Shown here: positions 35,434-45,897 of the stretch, piece after piece
How the letters are laid out: each line of letters starts with the position of its first letter
How positions within the stretch are numbered: the first letter of the stretch is position 1
Origin: Psychroserpens sp.
Lineage (GTDB): Bacteria; Bacteroidota; Bacteroidia; Flavobacteriales; Flavobacteriaceae
DNA: 64,000 bases
Assembly (NCBI GenBank): GCA_034111845.1
Contig: JAWUWM010000050.1
Span: forward strand, 3,562 to 67,561
Reading direction: 5' to 3'
Position numbers and translations under genes: made by a program
The notes under the pieces: model-generated
Seen by the model: the letters and a program-made list of their open reading frames with translations, nothing else
Told to the model about the DNA's origin: nothing
Database searches by the model: none

Positions 35434-37310
35434 AATTGCGCTTTGTTTGGAAGTTCTATCGTAAAGATTGATCCTTCATGTTCTTTACTTTCAAAAGTAA
35501 TAGTTCCATTTAAATGTCCTAAGTGATCTTTCACGATATTTAAACCGATACCTGTGCCTTGCAAAAGCAATGCGTTTTCTGCTCTAAAATAGCGGTTAAA
35601 TATATTTTTTTGATCTTTTTTTGGAATCCCAATTCCGTTATCTTTGATTTTGAAGATGGTGTTGCCTTCATTTTGCGAAATACTAACATCTATAATTGTG
35701 TTTTCTGAAGAATATTTAATAGCATTATAGATTAAATTTGATAACACCAATTCTATAATTTTTTCATCTTGGTATAATGAAACTTCGTCAATATTATCTG
35801 GATAATTAATTTGTTGGCCATCTTTTAATAACATATTAGCGTTATAAATAACTTCATTTAAAACCTTACTCAATTTAAATGTTGTAAAATTATAATTGAT
35901 TTTACCTTTCTCTAATTTTTCTACAGAAAGGAAATCATTCAAAATTTTATTGAGATATTGAACTTTATCTGTGATTGTTTTTATATGTTTCTCACGTTTC
36001 TCTTGTTGCTCGGTTAATTTGTATTTACTCAATAATATTGTTGAGGTTAAAATACCACTAAGCGGTGTTTTGAATTCATGAGACACCATAGATAGGAACT
36101 TGGTTTTTAGGTCGTTGAGTTCTTTTTCTGCGGTTAAAGCGGTTTGTAACTCTTTAGTTCTTAGAGCGACGGTGTTTTCTAATTTTTCTGTATAGTTTTT
36201 TTGTTCTGTGATGTCTAAAATAATAGCAAAGTATACTCTTTTATCCATTAATTGAGACATTTGCAAATGTACTTCTACAGGATATGTCGAACCATCTTTT
36301 CTTTGATGTACCGTTTCAAATTCAATTTTATTAACGAGTTTGTTAGTTAATGGGGCAATTATTTCTTTAAATTGTTGTTCGTTAAGATTAGGTTTAATGT
36401 CATCGGGTCTCATAGTTTTAAGCTCATCTAAACTGTAGCCTATGTTTTTTTGAGCTCCATAATTTGCATTTATAAAATGCAATGTATCTTCTTCAAATAC
36501 AAATATTTCATTTAAAGACTCGTCAAACATTGCAGATAAATGATTGCTTTCTTGATCAGCTCTTTTACGTGCGGTGATGTCATTTTGAATCCCTATAAAA
36601 TGGGTCACATTTCCTTTTTTATCTTTTATGGGTGTAACGTACAAATCGTTCCAAAATAAACGTCCATCCTTGTTATAGTTCCGAATTATTGCATGACAAC
36701 TTTCTCCTTTTTTAATTGCATTACGAAGTATTACGGTGCCTTCCTGATCTTTATCATCTGCTTGTAAAAACCTACAATTTTTATGCAATATTTCTTCGGA
36801 AGAGTAACCTGTTAATTTTTCGAATGCAGAGTTAAAATAAATAATAGGGTTGTCTTCTAGAGAAGCATCTGTAATAATGATACCATTGCTTGCTGATTCT
36901 AATGCTTGGCTTTTAAGCATTAGATTTTTTTCAATTTCTTTTCTCTCTGTAATATCTATAACTAAAGCCATTACATAGTTTTTACCATAAATGGTAAAAG
37001 GATTTAGACTCGCTTCTATGGGGAAAACATTACCATCCTTTTTAGTGCCAAAAATATCACGACCATGTCCCATTTGACGTTGTTCGTTATTTTTGATAAA
37101 GCCTTTAAAATGGTCACCATGTTTTGCATGATAATTTTTAGGGATTAGAATGTTAAGAGGCTGTTTGAGTAGTTCTTTACCATTATATCCAAACATCATC
37201 GTTGCAGCTTCATTAGCTTCAACAATATTTTGATGCTCATCAACTACAACAACACCTTCTGAAATAGAGTTTAAAAGGATATTGAAAATATCTTGATCTT
37301 GTTTAAACAT
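35430..37310 (-). CDS. Cytoplasmic sensor histidine kinase: FixL-like PAS + LOV + PAS + HisKA + HATPase
   Basis: PAS1 NILIP..HAKH..GHGR..KKDG..FP; PAS2 NCRFLQ/RNY/FWN/GIQ; SHEFKTPL (H411); NAIKYS, DNGIGI, GTGIGL; no TM segments. Confidence 0.93.
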   Translation of the reverse strand: MFKQDQDIFNILLNSISEGVVVVDEHQNIVEANEAATMMFGYNGKELLKQPLNILIPKNYHAKHGDHFKGFIKNNEQRQMGHGRDIFGTKKDGNVFPIEASLNPFTIYGKNYVMALVIDITERKEIEKNLMLKSQALESASNGIIITDASLEDNPIIYFNSAFEKLTGYSSEEILHKNCRFLQADDKDQEGTVILRNAIKKGESCHAIIRNYNKDGRLFWNDLYVTPIKDKKGNVTHFIGIQNDITARKRADQESNHLSAMFDESLNEIFVFEEDTLHFINANYGAQKNIGYSLDELKTMRPDDIKPNLNEQQFKEIIAPLTNKLVNKIEFETVHQRKDGSTYPVEVHLQMSQLMDKRVYFAIILDITEQKNYTEKLENTVALRTKELQTALTAEKELNDLKTKFLSMVSHEFKTPLSGILTSTILLSKYKLTEQQEKREKHIKTITDKVQYLNKILNDFLSVEKLEKGKINYNFTTFKLSKVLNEVIYNANMLLKDGQQINYPDNIDEVSLYQDEKIIELVLSNLIYNAIKYSSENTIIDVSISQNEGNTIFKIKDNGIGIPKKDQKNIFNRYFRAENALLLQGTGIGLNIVKDHLGHLNGTITFESKEHEGSIFTIELPNKAQL

Positions 37311-37408
37311 GTTTTGAAAGCTGCATTTTAAGAAAATAAATATAAAGATAACTAAAACTATTAAATTATAAAAATGATTATTTTTTAGTTTGAGTCTGTT
37401 GTTATAAC

Positions 37409-37451
37409 TGATTTATATCATTCTTTAAGTCTAAGGTTACATCTAATTTTA
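37409..37451 (+). promoter_or_regulatory. Regulon box + -7 element (terB-like/DUF302/trx operon)
   Basis: TGATTTATATCA 37409-37420, 23 bp, TAATTTTA at 37444. Confidence 0.85.
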
Positions 37452-37474
37452 CCACGTAAATAAAAACACAAAAC

Positions 37475-37885
37475 ATGTCAACTAAAAATAAAATGACGCT
37501 TAGATTTTATCAAAACCTTGGAAAACTTTTTTATGCTATTGCTGCCTCTGATGGCAGTGTTAGAAGCACAGAGATTGATAAGTTAAAGGCTTTTGTGAAT
37601 AAAGAGTGGTTGGATGTTGATGAGGTCAATGACGCCTTTGGTACTGATGGGGCATATCAAATAGAGGTTGTTTTTGACTGGTTATATGAGAATGAAGAAC
37701 TCTACGTAAATTCTTGTTTTAACGATTTTATAAGCTATAAAAAAGAACAAAGTCATCTGTTTACAGATGAGGTTAAAAAACTGATCTTAAAAACAGCGTC
37801 GTCTATTGCATATGCATTTTCTGGCATTAATAAGTCAGAATTGATCATGATTGCAAAACTGGATTTAGAACTTAGAAAAGCATAA
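37475..37885 (+). CDS. TerB-like protein
   Basis: LFYAIAASDGSVRSTE..L...IA.A..G..KSE. Confidence 0.7.
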   Translation: MSTKNKMTLRFYQNLGKLFYAIAASDGSVRSTEIDKLKAFVNKEWLDVDEVNDAFGTDGAYQIEVVFDWLYENEELYVNSCFNDFISYKKEQSHLFTDEVKKLILKTASSIAYAFSGINKSELIMIAKLDLELRKA

Positions 37886-37887
37886 CT

Positions 37888-38286
37888 ATGAGATATTATT
37901 TTACTAAGATTGTAAATGGGGGTTTTGAAGTTATAGAAAATAAAATAGTAGCGTTATTAAAAAATGAAGGGTTTGGGGTGCTTACATATATTGATATGCA
38001 AAGAACTTTAAAAGAAAAGCTTAATGTAGAATTTAAAAAATATAAAATTCTTGGTGCCTGCAATCCACCATTTGCATTAAAGGCCTTGGAGGCAGAGGAT
38101 AAAATTGGTACGATATTGCCTTGCAATATTATTATTCAAGAACATGAACTCAATACTATTGAAGTTTCAGCAATAAATCCTTTAGTGTCAATGCAAGCTG
38201 TAAATAATGATAGACTTAAAAAAGTAGCTCAAGAGGTAAGTTCTAAGCTCGAAAATGTTATAAATAATTTAGAAGATGAAAAGTAA
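37888..38286 (+). CDS. DUF302 protein
   Basis: EGFGVLTYID, ILGACNP, LPCNI. Confidence 0.88.
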   Translation: MRYYFTKIVNGGFEVIENKIVALLKNEGFGVLTYIDMQRTLKEKLNVEFKKYKILGACNPPFALKALEAEDKIGTILPCNIIIQEHELNTIEVSAINPLVSMQAVNNDRLKKVAQEVSSKLENVINNLEDEK

Positions 38287-38575
38287 ATTTAATGAGTTAT
38301 TAAATTCTGAAATACCAGTTTTAATAGATTTTTTTGCTGATCGGTGCGGACCGTGTAAAACTTTGACGCCAGTTTTAGAACAAGTAAAAGAAGAACTTGG
38401 AGATGCAGTAAAAATCATAAAGATTGATGTGGATAAAAACCAACCGTTAGCAGCGAAGTACCAAGTACGCGGTGTGCCAACCATGTTATTGTTTAAAAAT
38501 GGTAAACAAGTATGGCGTGAATCTGGAGTGCTTCAAAAAAATGAGATTATAAAAGTTATAAAATCAAATTACTAG
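38276..38575 (+). CDS. trxA: Thioredoxin (RCGPC active site)
   Basis: IDFFADRCGPCK, KIDVD, VPT. Confidence 0.85.
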   Translation: MKSKFNELLNSEIPVLIDFFADRCGPCKTLTPVLEQVKEELGDAVKIIKIDVDKNQPLAAKYQVRGVPTMLLFKNGKQVWRESGVLQKNEIIKVIKSNY

Positions 38576-38579
38576 ATAG

Positions 38580-38728
38580 ATGAGCATACATATACAAGTA
38601 AAAAAGGAGATATTGTAGAGATGATTTTGCTACTAGGGGATTCTATGTGTGTCAAGTAAATTGCTGAAACACTTTTAGAAAACTATGAATGATATAATGA
38701 TGTTAGAGGCATGTTTGGTAATACATAG
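38580..38728 (+). pseudogene. deoD: 5' remnant of purine nucleoside phosphorylase
   Basis: MSIHIQVKKGDIVEMILLLGDSMCVK*IAETLLENYE*YNDVRGMFGNT* matches the DeoD N-terminus (..LLPGDPLRAK.IAE.FL....N.VRGM.G.TG). Confidence 0.75.
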
Positions 38729-38741
38729 TTTTCGCTGTGTA

Positions 38742-38784
38742 TGATGAATATCATTTTGTATAAATGTTTACACTACTAATTTTG
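38742..38784 (+). promoter_or_regulatory. Regulon box + -7 element (WG-S2P-ABC operon)
   Basis: TGATGAATATCA 38742-38753, 23 bp, perfect TAATTTTG at 38777. Confidence 0.9.
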
Positions 38785-38810
38785 TGGTATCACTTTTAAA
38801 TTTTTAAATC

Positions 38811-39425
38811 ATGAAAAAAGCAATAATTTTATTTTTTGTCATTATAATAATTCCACTTTTTGGATTCTCACAATCTATTGAGAATCTTGATTACATATCG
38901 CCATTTCATGATGACATTGCTGTTGTCAAAAAGGAAAATCAATGGGCTTTTATTAACAATAAAGGTGATATTATAGTCGATTTTAGAGATGATTTAGTCA
39001 CTACAAAATTTGCTGATGCAAACTATCCAATATTTAGTGATGAAAGATGCTTAATTAAGCAAATCAAAGATGGTATTTCCTACTTTGGTTATATAGATAC
39101 TTCTGGGAAAACTATTATAGAGCCTCAATTTTTAAATGCAGCCAATTTTAGCAACGGTAAAGCAATAGTGCTAGAACTAGTTAAAGAACTAGTTGGTGAA
39201 AATAAAGCCTTAGGTAAAAATGTAGTTTACCACAAGTATTATGAAGCGACTATAGATACCAATGGCGAGATTAAAAATTATCTAACTCAAAAGGCTATTA
39301 ATATCGTTTTAGATAAGGAATTCACGCGAAAGCCACCTCAAATTATTTCCAAACATATTTCAGATAATCTATTTGCTGTTAAGTATAAAAATAATAAATG
39401 GACAATCATCACAATTAATGAATAA
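38811..39425 (+). CDS. WG-repeat protein
   Basis: Signal peptide; WAFINNKG, FGYIDTSG..IEPQF..A..FSNG. Confidence 0.8.
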   Translation: MKKAIILFFVIIIIPLFGFSQSIENLDYISPFHDDIAVVKKENQWAFINNKGDIIVDFRDDLVTTKFADANYPIFSDERCLIKQIKDGISYFGYIDTSGKTIIEPQFLNAANFSNGKAIVLELVKELVGENKALGKNVVYHKYYEATIDTNGEIKNYLTQKAINIVLDKEFTRKPPQIISKHISDNLFAVKYKNNKWTIITINE

Positions 39426-39446
39426 TATCATATCCAAGAATTTAGA

Positions 39447-40538
39447 ATGAAAGCGAATTTAAATTTAGGAAGTGTTTTTGGAATCAAAATAAAAGTACAC
39501 TGGACGTTTTTCTTTTTATTTGCTTGGATTGTTTTTGGCGAGCTAAAACGAGGTGGTAGCACAGGCAGTATTTTGTTCAATATAGCTTTTGTATTAGCAG
39601 TTTTTCTATGCGTCGTATTACATGAATTCGGTCATGCCTTAACAGCCAACCGTTTTGGCGTTAAAACTGAAAAAATAACACTGCTTCCAATAGGAGGAAT
39701 GGCACGTTTTGATAAAATTCCAGAGTCTCCAAAGCAAGAAATTCTCATAGTCATTGCAGGACCTTTGGTTAATGTTGCTATAGCGATTTTACTTTATTTT
39801 ATTGTTCCAGTTCATGAGCTATTTAATCACAGTTTTACAGATACGTATGAAATATTTGTAAGTTTCACATTTCAGAATTTTTTATTCTTTTTATTTATTG
39901 TGAATGTTGGTTTAGCGTTGTTTAATATGATTCCTGCTTTTCCAATGGATGGTGGACGACTATTAAGAGCCCTATTAGCTCTCAAAATGAATCGTGCTAA
40001 AGCCACACAGATAGCAGCAAGTCTAGGTCAATTTATCGCAGTTTTGTTTTTATTAGTTGGGCTATTATACAACCCGTTTCTAATCTTTATAGCCTTGTTT
40101 GTCTTTTTGGGAGCTTACGGTGAAAATCAAATGGTACAACATATGGCATTGCTAAAAGGTCATACTGTTGAAGAAGCAATGCTTCTCAATATTTCAACAT
40201 TTAATCCTAAAGATTCTATAGATCTTATCGTTAATAAATTAATTTCTGGAACTGAAATTAACTTTGCTGTAGTTGAAGAAGGCAAAGTTAAAGGGATTTT
40301 ATATCACAGACAAATTATTGAGAATTCTAATAAGAATATTTTAATAGAAGATGTGATGGATACAAACTTTAAAACTGTAAAGAATACAGATGATCTCAAA
40401 TCAATATATCATCTTATTTATTTTGAAAAACAAAGATTTCTTCCAGTTGTAAACCAAGGCAAACTAGTTGGAGCTATTGATGCTATAAATTTAAATGAAT
40501 ATATATTATTACAATCAAAATTAGCTTATTTGAAATGA
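39447..40538 (+). CDS. Site-2 protease (M50) with CBS pair
   Basis: [21 protein letters not shown]; C-terminal CBS domains. Confidence 0.92.
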   Translation: MKANLNLGSVFGIKIKVHWTFFFLFAWIVFGELKRGGSTGSILFNIAFVLAVFLCVVLHEFGHALTANRFGVKTEKITLLPIGGMARFDKIPESPKQEILIVIAGPLVNVAIAILLYFIVPVHELFNHSFTDTYEIFVSFTFQNFLFFLFIVNVGLALFNMIPAFPMDGGRLLRALLALKMNRAKATQIAASLGQFIAVLFLLVGLLYNPFLIFIALFVFLGAYGENQMVQHMALLKGHTVEEAMLLNISTFNPKDSIDLIVNKLISGTEINFAVVEEGKVKGILYHRQIIENSNKNILIEDVMDTNFKTVKNTDDLKSIYHLIYFEKQRFLPVVNQGKLVGAIDAINLNEYILLQSKLAYLK

Positions 40539-41614
40539 AAGTTTGGAGTTATATTATTGCCTTTTTTTTGCTGCTCTCTTGTTCTGGTAAGAAGAAAGGT
40601 ATCTTACCAACAGAAGGCCCTTTGACAGAGTCTGTCTATTCTTCAGTAACCATACAGCCAGATAGTTTATATCAAGTATTTTCTAGTGTTTCAGGGATTT
40701 TAGAATTTAATTTCGTAGAAGAAGGTGATGTCATTCCGAAGCATAAAAAGCTATTTCAAATTACAAATAACACTCCCAAACTGAATACTCAAAATGCAAA
40801 GTATGTATTAGATTTAGCCAAAGAAAATTATAATGGAAGTGCTACTGTTTTGACCAGTATTAAGGATGAAATAGTGGCAGCAAGATTGAAATTCAAAAAT
40901 GATTCTATTAATTATTTCAGACAAAAAAATCTTTGGGATCAGAATATTGGTTCCAAAGTACAATATGATACTAAAAAACTTAATTATGAGCTAGCTTTAA
41001 ATCAATTAACACTTCTAAAAAATAGATTGAATAGGACTACAAACCAATTGCATACAGCTGTTAAACAAGCACAGAATAATTACCAAACATCATCTATAGC
41101 CACAAAAGATTTTACAATTAAAAGTAAAATTAATGGAAAGGTATATGCATTATATAAAGAGCCTGGAGAAATTGTTACAAGTATGGAGCCATTGGCGTCT
41201 ATTGGAAGTGCGGAAGACTTTGTGATTGAACTATTAGTTGATGAAGTAGATATTGTGCAAATCGCTAAAAAACAAGCCGTTTTAATCCATTTAGATGCCT
41301 ATGAAGACGTGGTTTTTAAAGGAGAAGTGTTCAAAATATATCCTAAAAAAGACGAAAGAAACCAAACATTTACGGTAGAAGCTATTTTTAAAGATACTCC
41401 AAAAGTTATGTATCCAGGTCTTTCTGGTGAGGCAAATATTATTATTGGTGAAAAAGAAAATGTATTAACCATACCTAAATCATATTTGATTCAAAATAAT
41501 AAAGTGAAAACCGGTGACGGATTGATTACAATTAAAACTGGATTACAAAATATGGAGTTTATTGAAATTCTTTCTGGAATTACTAAAGACACTTATATCT
41601 ATAAACCAGAATAA
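40535..41614 (+). CDS. Periplasmic adaptor (membrane fusion protein)
   Basis: Lipobox LLSC, VEEGD, coiled coil, IKSKING..EPGE, VDEVDI. Confidence 0.88.
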   Translation: MKVWSYIIAFFLLLSCSGKKKGILPTEGPLTESVYSSVTIQPDSLYQVFSSVSGILEFNFVEEGDVIPKHKKLFQITNNTPKLNTQNAKYVLDLAKENYNGSATVLTSIKDEIVAARLKFKNDSINYFRQKNLWDQNIGSKVQYDTKKLNYELALNQLTLLKNRLNRTTNQLHTAVKQAQNNYQTSSIATKDFTIKSKINGKVYALYKEPGEIVTSMEPLASIGSAEDFVIELLVDEVDIVQIAKKQAVLIHLDAYEDVVFKGEVFKIYPKKDERNQTFTVEAIFKDTPKVMYPGLSGEANIIIGEKENVLTIPKSYLIQNNKVKTGDGLITIKTGLQNMEFIEILSGITKDTYIYKPE

Positions 41615-42876
41615 TGACGAACTGGAATGTCATATTAAGCATTGCCAAAACACATTTGCTCACTAAAATAAAGCAAACGTCTATTGCAGCGCTTGGTGTC
41701 ACTTTTGGTATTGGTTCCTATATCACATTAGTGTGTTTTATGACAGGTTTAAATACGATGTTAGATGATTTAATGTTGAATCAAACACCACATATTCATG
41801 TCTATAATGAAATTGAACCTTCAAAAAAACAACCTGTGTCTTTATATGATAAGTTTACTGAAAGTTTTAATGTGGTTCGGTCTATTAAGCCAAAATTAAG
41901 TCAGAAAAAAATCCACAACGCATTACCTATTATTAAATATTTAGAGACTAATAAGGATGTACGAGGCGCTCTTCCGCAGGTAAAAACACAAATATTCTAC
42001 GTAGCTGGATCGATAGAAATTGGTGGAAATCTAACTGGTGTTAACCCAATAGACGAAGCAAAACTTTTTAACATGGGAGATTATATTGTTGAGGGGTCTG
42101 CGGAAGCATTGCAAACTACAGATAACGGAATTTTGTTAGGTATTGGGGTTGCTAATAAAATGTCTCTAAAAGTTGGAGATCGGGTGCAAATTAGTCCAAT
42201 TAATGGTGGTGTTTTTCCATTAAAAATCGTGGGGTTTTATCAAAGTGGCGTTGCAGATTTAGATGCCATTCAAAGTTTTACTGCGATTAAAACAGTACAA
42301 CGCATCTTGGGAGAGGCCAAAAATTACATTACAGATATTAATGTCAAGCTATATGATATTGAATACGCTATTCCATTAGCTAAAAAAATTGAAAAGCAAT
42401 TTAATCTAAAAGCAGTTGATATTAAGAGTGCGAATGCACAGTTTGATACTGGAACTACCATTAGAAATCTTATAACATACGCAGTATCTATAACATTGCT
42501 CATCGTTGCAGGATTTGGTATATATAACATTTTAAATATGCTCATTTATGAGAAAATGAATGATATCGCCATTTTAAAAGCAACTGGATTCTCTGGTAAA
42601 GATGTACAGCTTATTTTTATGAGTCAAGCAATTATCATTGGTTTTGTAGGCGGAGTTTTAGGTTTGATTGTCGGCTTTGGATTGACAAGTTTTATTAGTA
42701 CGATCCCTTTTGAAACAGAAGCGTTACCCACGGTAGAGACCTATCCCATAAATATGGATCCTAAGTTTTTTGTCATTGGTTTTTCATTTGCTATGGTTTC
42801 CACATGTCTTGCAGGTTATTTGCCAGCTAAGAAAGCCAAAAAAATAGATCCAGTTAAAATTATAAGAGGACAGTAA
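41614..42876 (+). CDS. ABC permease (MacB/LolE/FtsX type)
   Basis: GVTFGI, large periplasmic domain, EKMNDIAILKATG, GYLPA. Confidence 0.88.
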   Translation: MTNWNVILSIAKTHLLTKIKQTSIAALGVTFGIGSYITLVCFMTGLNTMLDDLMLNQTPHIHVYNEIEPSKKQPVSLYDKFTESFNVVRSIKPKLSQKKIHNALPIIKYLETNKDVRGALPQVKTQIFYVAGSIEIGGNLTGVNPIDEAKLFNMGDYIVEGSAEALQTTDNGILLGIGVANKMSLKVGDRVQISPINGGVFPLKIVGFYQSGVADLDAIQSFTAIKTVQRILGEAKNYITDINVKLYDIEYAIPLAKKIEKQFNLKAVDIKSANAQFDTGTTIRNLITYAVSITLLIVAGFGIYNILNMLIYEKMNDIAILKATGFSGKDVQLIFMSQAIIIGFVGGVLGLIVGFGLTSFISTIPFETEALPTVETYPINMDPKFFVIGFSFAMVSTCLAGYLPAKKAKKIDPVKIIRGQ

Positions 42877-42877
42877 T

Positions 42878-43552
42878 ATGAGTTTTGTATTAGAAGTAAA
42901 ACATGTCAATAAATATTTCAAAAAGCCTGTATTGTTTCATGTTTTAAAAGATATCAATTTTCAAATTAAAAAAGGAGAGTTCGCTTCTATAATGGGGAAA
43001 TCTGGTTGTGGGAAATCTACGTTGCTCTATATTCTGTCCACTATGGATACAGATTATGAAGGTGAATTGCATTTGGAGAATCAGTTAATTACAGAACAAG
43101 ACGGTACACACTTGTCGTATCTGCGCAATAAACATATAGGTTTTGTGTTTCAGTTTCATTATTTACTCTCAGAATTTTCGGTATTAGAAAATGTGATGCT
43201 TCCTGCTAAGAAATTGGGTGAGAAATCATATCAAGAAATTGAGCATGATGCCATAGAAAAACTTAAGATGCTCAATATAGATCATTTATCGAAAAAAAGA
43301 GCATCACAAGTTTCTGGAGGTGAGAAACAACGTGTTGCTATTGCTCGTGCTCTAATAAACAATCCTTCAATAATTATGGGAGATGAGCCTACTGGGAATT
43401 TAGATAGCCACAATGCAGAAAACGTATTCAATATTTTCAAGCAGTTGAGTGATGAAAAGGGGTTATCCTTACTCATTGTAACACATGACCAAGATTTCGC
43501 AAATAAGACAGATAGAATTATCCAAATGGGAGATGGGAGAATAATTGATTAA
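42878..43552 (+). CDS. ABC ATPase (LolD/MacB type)
   Basis: GKSGCGKST, SGGEKQR, DEPTGNLD, VTHD. Confidence 0.93.
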   Translation: MSFVLEVKHVNKYFKKPVLFHVLKDINFQIKKGEFASIMGKSGCGKSTLLYILSTMDTDYEGELHLENQLITEQDGTHLSYLRNKHIGFVFQFHYLLSEFSVLENVMLPAKKLGEKSYQEIEHDAIEKLKMLNIDHLSKKRASQVSGGEKQRVAIARALINNPSIIMGDEPTGNLDSHNAENVFNIFKQLSDEKGLSLLIVTHDQDFANKTDRIIQMGDGRIID

Positions 43553-43561
43553 ACCAGTTAT

Positions 43562-43604
43562 TGATATTCATCATTTACTCATTTGAAAATGTTTTGTATC
43601 GTTG
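43562..43604 (+). promoter_or_regulatory. Regulon box + -7-like element (tetR remnant)
   Basis: TGATATTCATCA 43562-43573, 23 bp, TATCGTTG at 43597. Confidence 0.7.
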
Positions 43605-43635
43605 TTAATCAAGTGTTTAGTAGCTATGTAGTTGA

Positions 43636-43801
<166 letters not shown>

Positions 43802-43806
43802 CGGGA

Positions 43807-44330
43807 ATGAATATAGTGCAGGAAAAGAAATAGGAACTTTAGAGCAACTAAACGCCACAGCTATTAAGAAAAGTCAGTTTGTCATTGGTAAACTTTTTCG
43901 TTTTGGGTTATTGGAATGGGTTTATTAACCGTTGGGTTAATTTTGGCAAGACTTATTTTTAATGTCCCTATAATTGGTAGTTTGCCACTCATGTATTTCT
44001 ATACATCGATTTATATTTTTGTAATTTTAGGTATTGGATTATTTATCTCAAATTTTACAGACACACAGCAGCAAGCCATGCTTATTGCTTGGTTTTTTAC
44101 TGTTATTTTTTACTTTAATGAGTGGTTTATTTATACCAATTGAAAGTATGCCAGAATGGGCTCAAACAGTAACAGAATTTAATCCAATAAAATATTTTGT
44201 AGAAATCATGCGAATGGTCATGCTTAAAGGTTCTGGCTTTAGGGCTTTTCTTCCACAATTATTAAAAATAGTACTGTATGCTATTGTTATGAACAGATTA
44301 GCAATTTGGAGTTATAGGATAACTACCTAA
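43807..44330 (+). pseudogene. C-terminal remnant of an ABC-2 type permease
   Basis: EKEIGTLEQLN, TQQQAM, LMSGLFIPIESMPEWAQ..NPIKYF..MLKG across three frames. Confidence 0.85.
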
Positions 44331-44404
44331 AATATTAAGTAAAAATAGATATCATTATTCAAATAGAAGATGGTAGAATACTTGGGTGAGATGTCTTTTT
44401 TTAA

Positions 44405-44448
44405 TGATATTAATCATTTTAGGTTATACTGTTTTTAGTTTACTTTAT
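44405..44448 (+). promoter_or_regulatory. Regulon box (cbpA operon)
   Basis: TGATATTAATCA 44405-44416; TACTTTAT at 24-bp spacing. Confidence 0.75.
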
Positions 44449-44474
44449 AATCAGTAATTTTAAGATTAATACCC

Positions 44475-44687
44475 ATGAAAACACTGCAAGATATAGAAAT
44501 TCAGATTATTAGGTTAACGACTAGTATAGAAGTTAACTACCCAGAACTCTATGTGACTTTAGATGAAAATCCAATTACTATTCCATCAAAGACTCATCCA
44601 GATATGAATATCACTATCATGGAAGACTATTTAGAAAGTCTCAAACAGATATTGAGGCAATACACTAAAACTCATAACAAGAAGTAA
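44475..44687 (+). CDS. 70-aa hypothetical protein
   Basis: NYPELY..LDENPITIP..DYLESLK; overlaps the start of the J-domain gene. Confidence 0.75.
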   Translation: MKTLQDIEIQIIRLTTSIEVNYPELYVTLDENPITIPSKTHPDMNITIMEDYLESLKQILRQYTKTHNKK

Positions 44688-45571
44688 TGTCGTATATAGA
44701 CTATTATAAAATACTAGACATTTCAAAAGGTGCGACTAAAGCCGATATCAAGAAAGCCTATCGCAAACAAGCTCGTAAATACCATCCAGATTTAAATCCA
44801 AATGATAAGGAAGCAGAAAAGAAGTTCAAAGAAATTAATGAAGCTAATGAAGTCTTAAGCAATCCAGAAAATCGTAAAAAGTATGATGATCATGGAGAGC
44901 ATTGGCAACATGCAGATGAATTCGAAAAAGCAAAACAGAAAAACCAGTATCAAAGGAGTTCTCAAGGTCCTCAAGGAGGTTATTCAGAAGACGATTTTTC
45001 AGATTTCTTTGGATCTATGTTTGGTGGTGGTTCACCGAGAGGCGGTGGCAGAGATGTCAAGTTTAGAGGCCAAGATTTTAATGCACAGCTACAACTTAAT
45101 CTTAAAGATGTATACACTGAGCATAAACAAACATTAACGGTAAACAAAAAAAACATTCGAATCACTATTCCTGCTGGAGTAGTAAATGGTCAAATTATAA
45201 AAATAAAAGGTTATGGTGGGAAAGGTATTAATGGAGGTCCCAACGGTGATTTGCTAATTGAGTTTTCTATTGTGAATCAATCCCAATTTAAAAGAGACGG
45301 TCAAAACTTATATGCTTTAGTCAATTTAGAGTTATATAAAGCACTTTTAGGTGGTGAAATTATGGTTAATACTTTCGACGGAAAAGTAAAATTAAAAATA
45401 AAGCCAGAAACTGAAAATGGGACAAAAGTAAAACTCAAAGAAAAGGGGTTTCCGAAGTATAAAAAAGAAGGACAATTTGGCGACTTATTTATAACCTATA
45501 ACATAACAACACCCAAAAACCTGACAGCTAAAGAAAAGGAACTATTTACCGAACTTTCAAAACTACGATAA
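44687..45571 (+). CDS. cbpA: DnaJ class B chaperone (CbpA-like)
   Basis: J domain with HPD, G/F region, no Zn finger, C-terminal domain; followed by cbpM. Confidence 0.85.
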   Translation: MSYIDYYKILDISKGATKADIKKAYRKQARKYHPDLNPNDKEAEKKFKEINEANEVLSNPENRKKYDDHGEHWQHADEFEKAKQKNQYQRSSQGPQGGYSEDDFSDFFGSMFGGGSPRGGGRDVKFRGQDFNAQLQLNLKDVYTEHKQTLTVNKKNIRITIPAGVVNGQIIKIKGYGGKGINGGPNGDLLIEFSIVNQSQFKRDGQNLYALVNLELYKALLGGEIMVNTFDGKVKLKIKPETENGTKVKLKEKGFPKYKKEGQFGDLFITYNITTPKNLTAKEKELFTELSKLR

Positions 45572-45572
45572 C

Positions 45573-45869
45573 ATGGACACATCACATCTTATATCAATCC
45601 AACAGTTTTGTATACATTACAAAGTTCCTGAAGATTTTATAAATACACTTCATGAATACGATTTGGTTGAAATTACCATAACAGATAATGACAACTTTTT
45701 AAAAACCAATCAACTAAACGCTATCGAAAAAATGATGCGCTTGCATTATGAACTTCATATTAATATTGAAGGCATTGACGCTATTTATAATTTATTAAAG
45801 CAAGTTGAGCTTCTACAATTAGAAATTAGAACATTAAAAAATAAGTTAAATTCTTATGAGGACTTATAA
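45573..45869 (+). CDS. cbpM: Chaperone modulator CbpM
   Basis: FCIHYKV..F...L..YDL..RLHYELHINIEGID. Confidence 0.85.
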   Translation: MDTSHLISIQQFCIHYKVPEDFINTLHEYDLVEITITDNDNFLKTNQLNAIEKMMRLHYELHINIEGIDAIYNLLKQVELLQLEIRTLKNKLNSYEDL

Positions 45870-45897
45870 ATTCTTTACTCTAGCAGTAATAGAAAAC

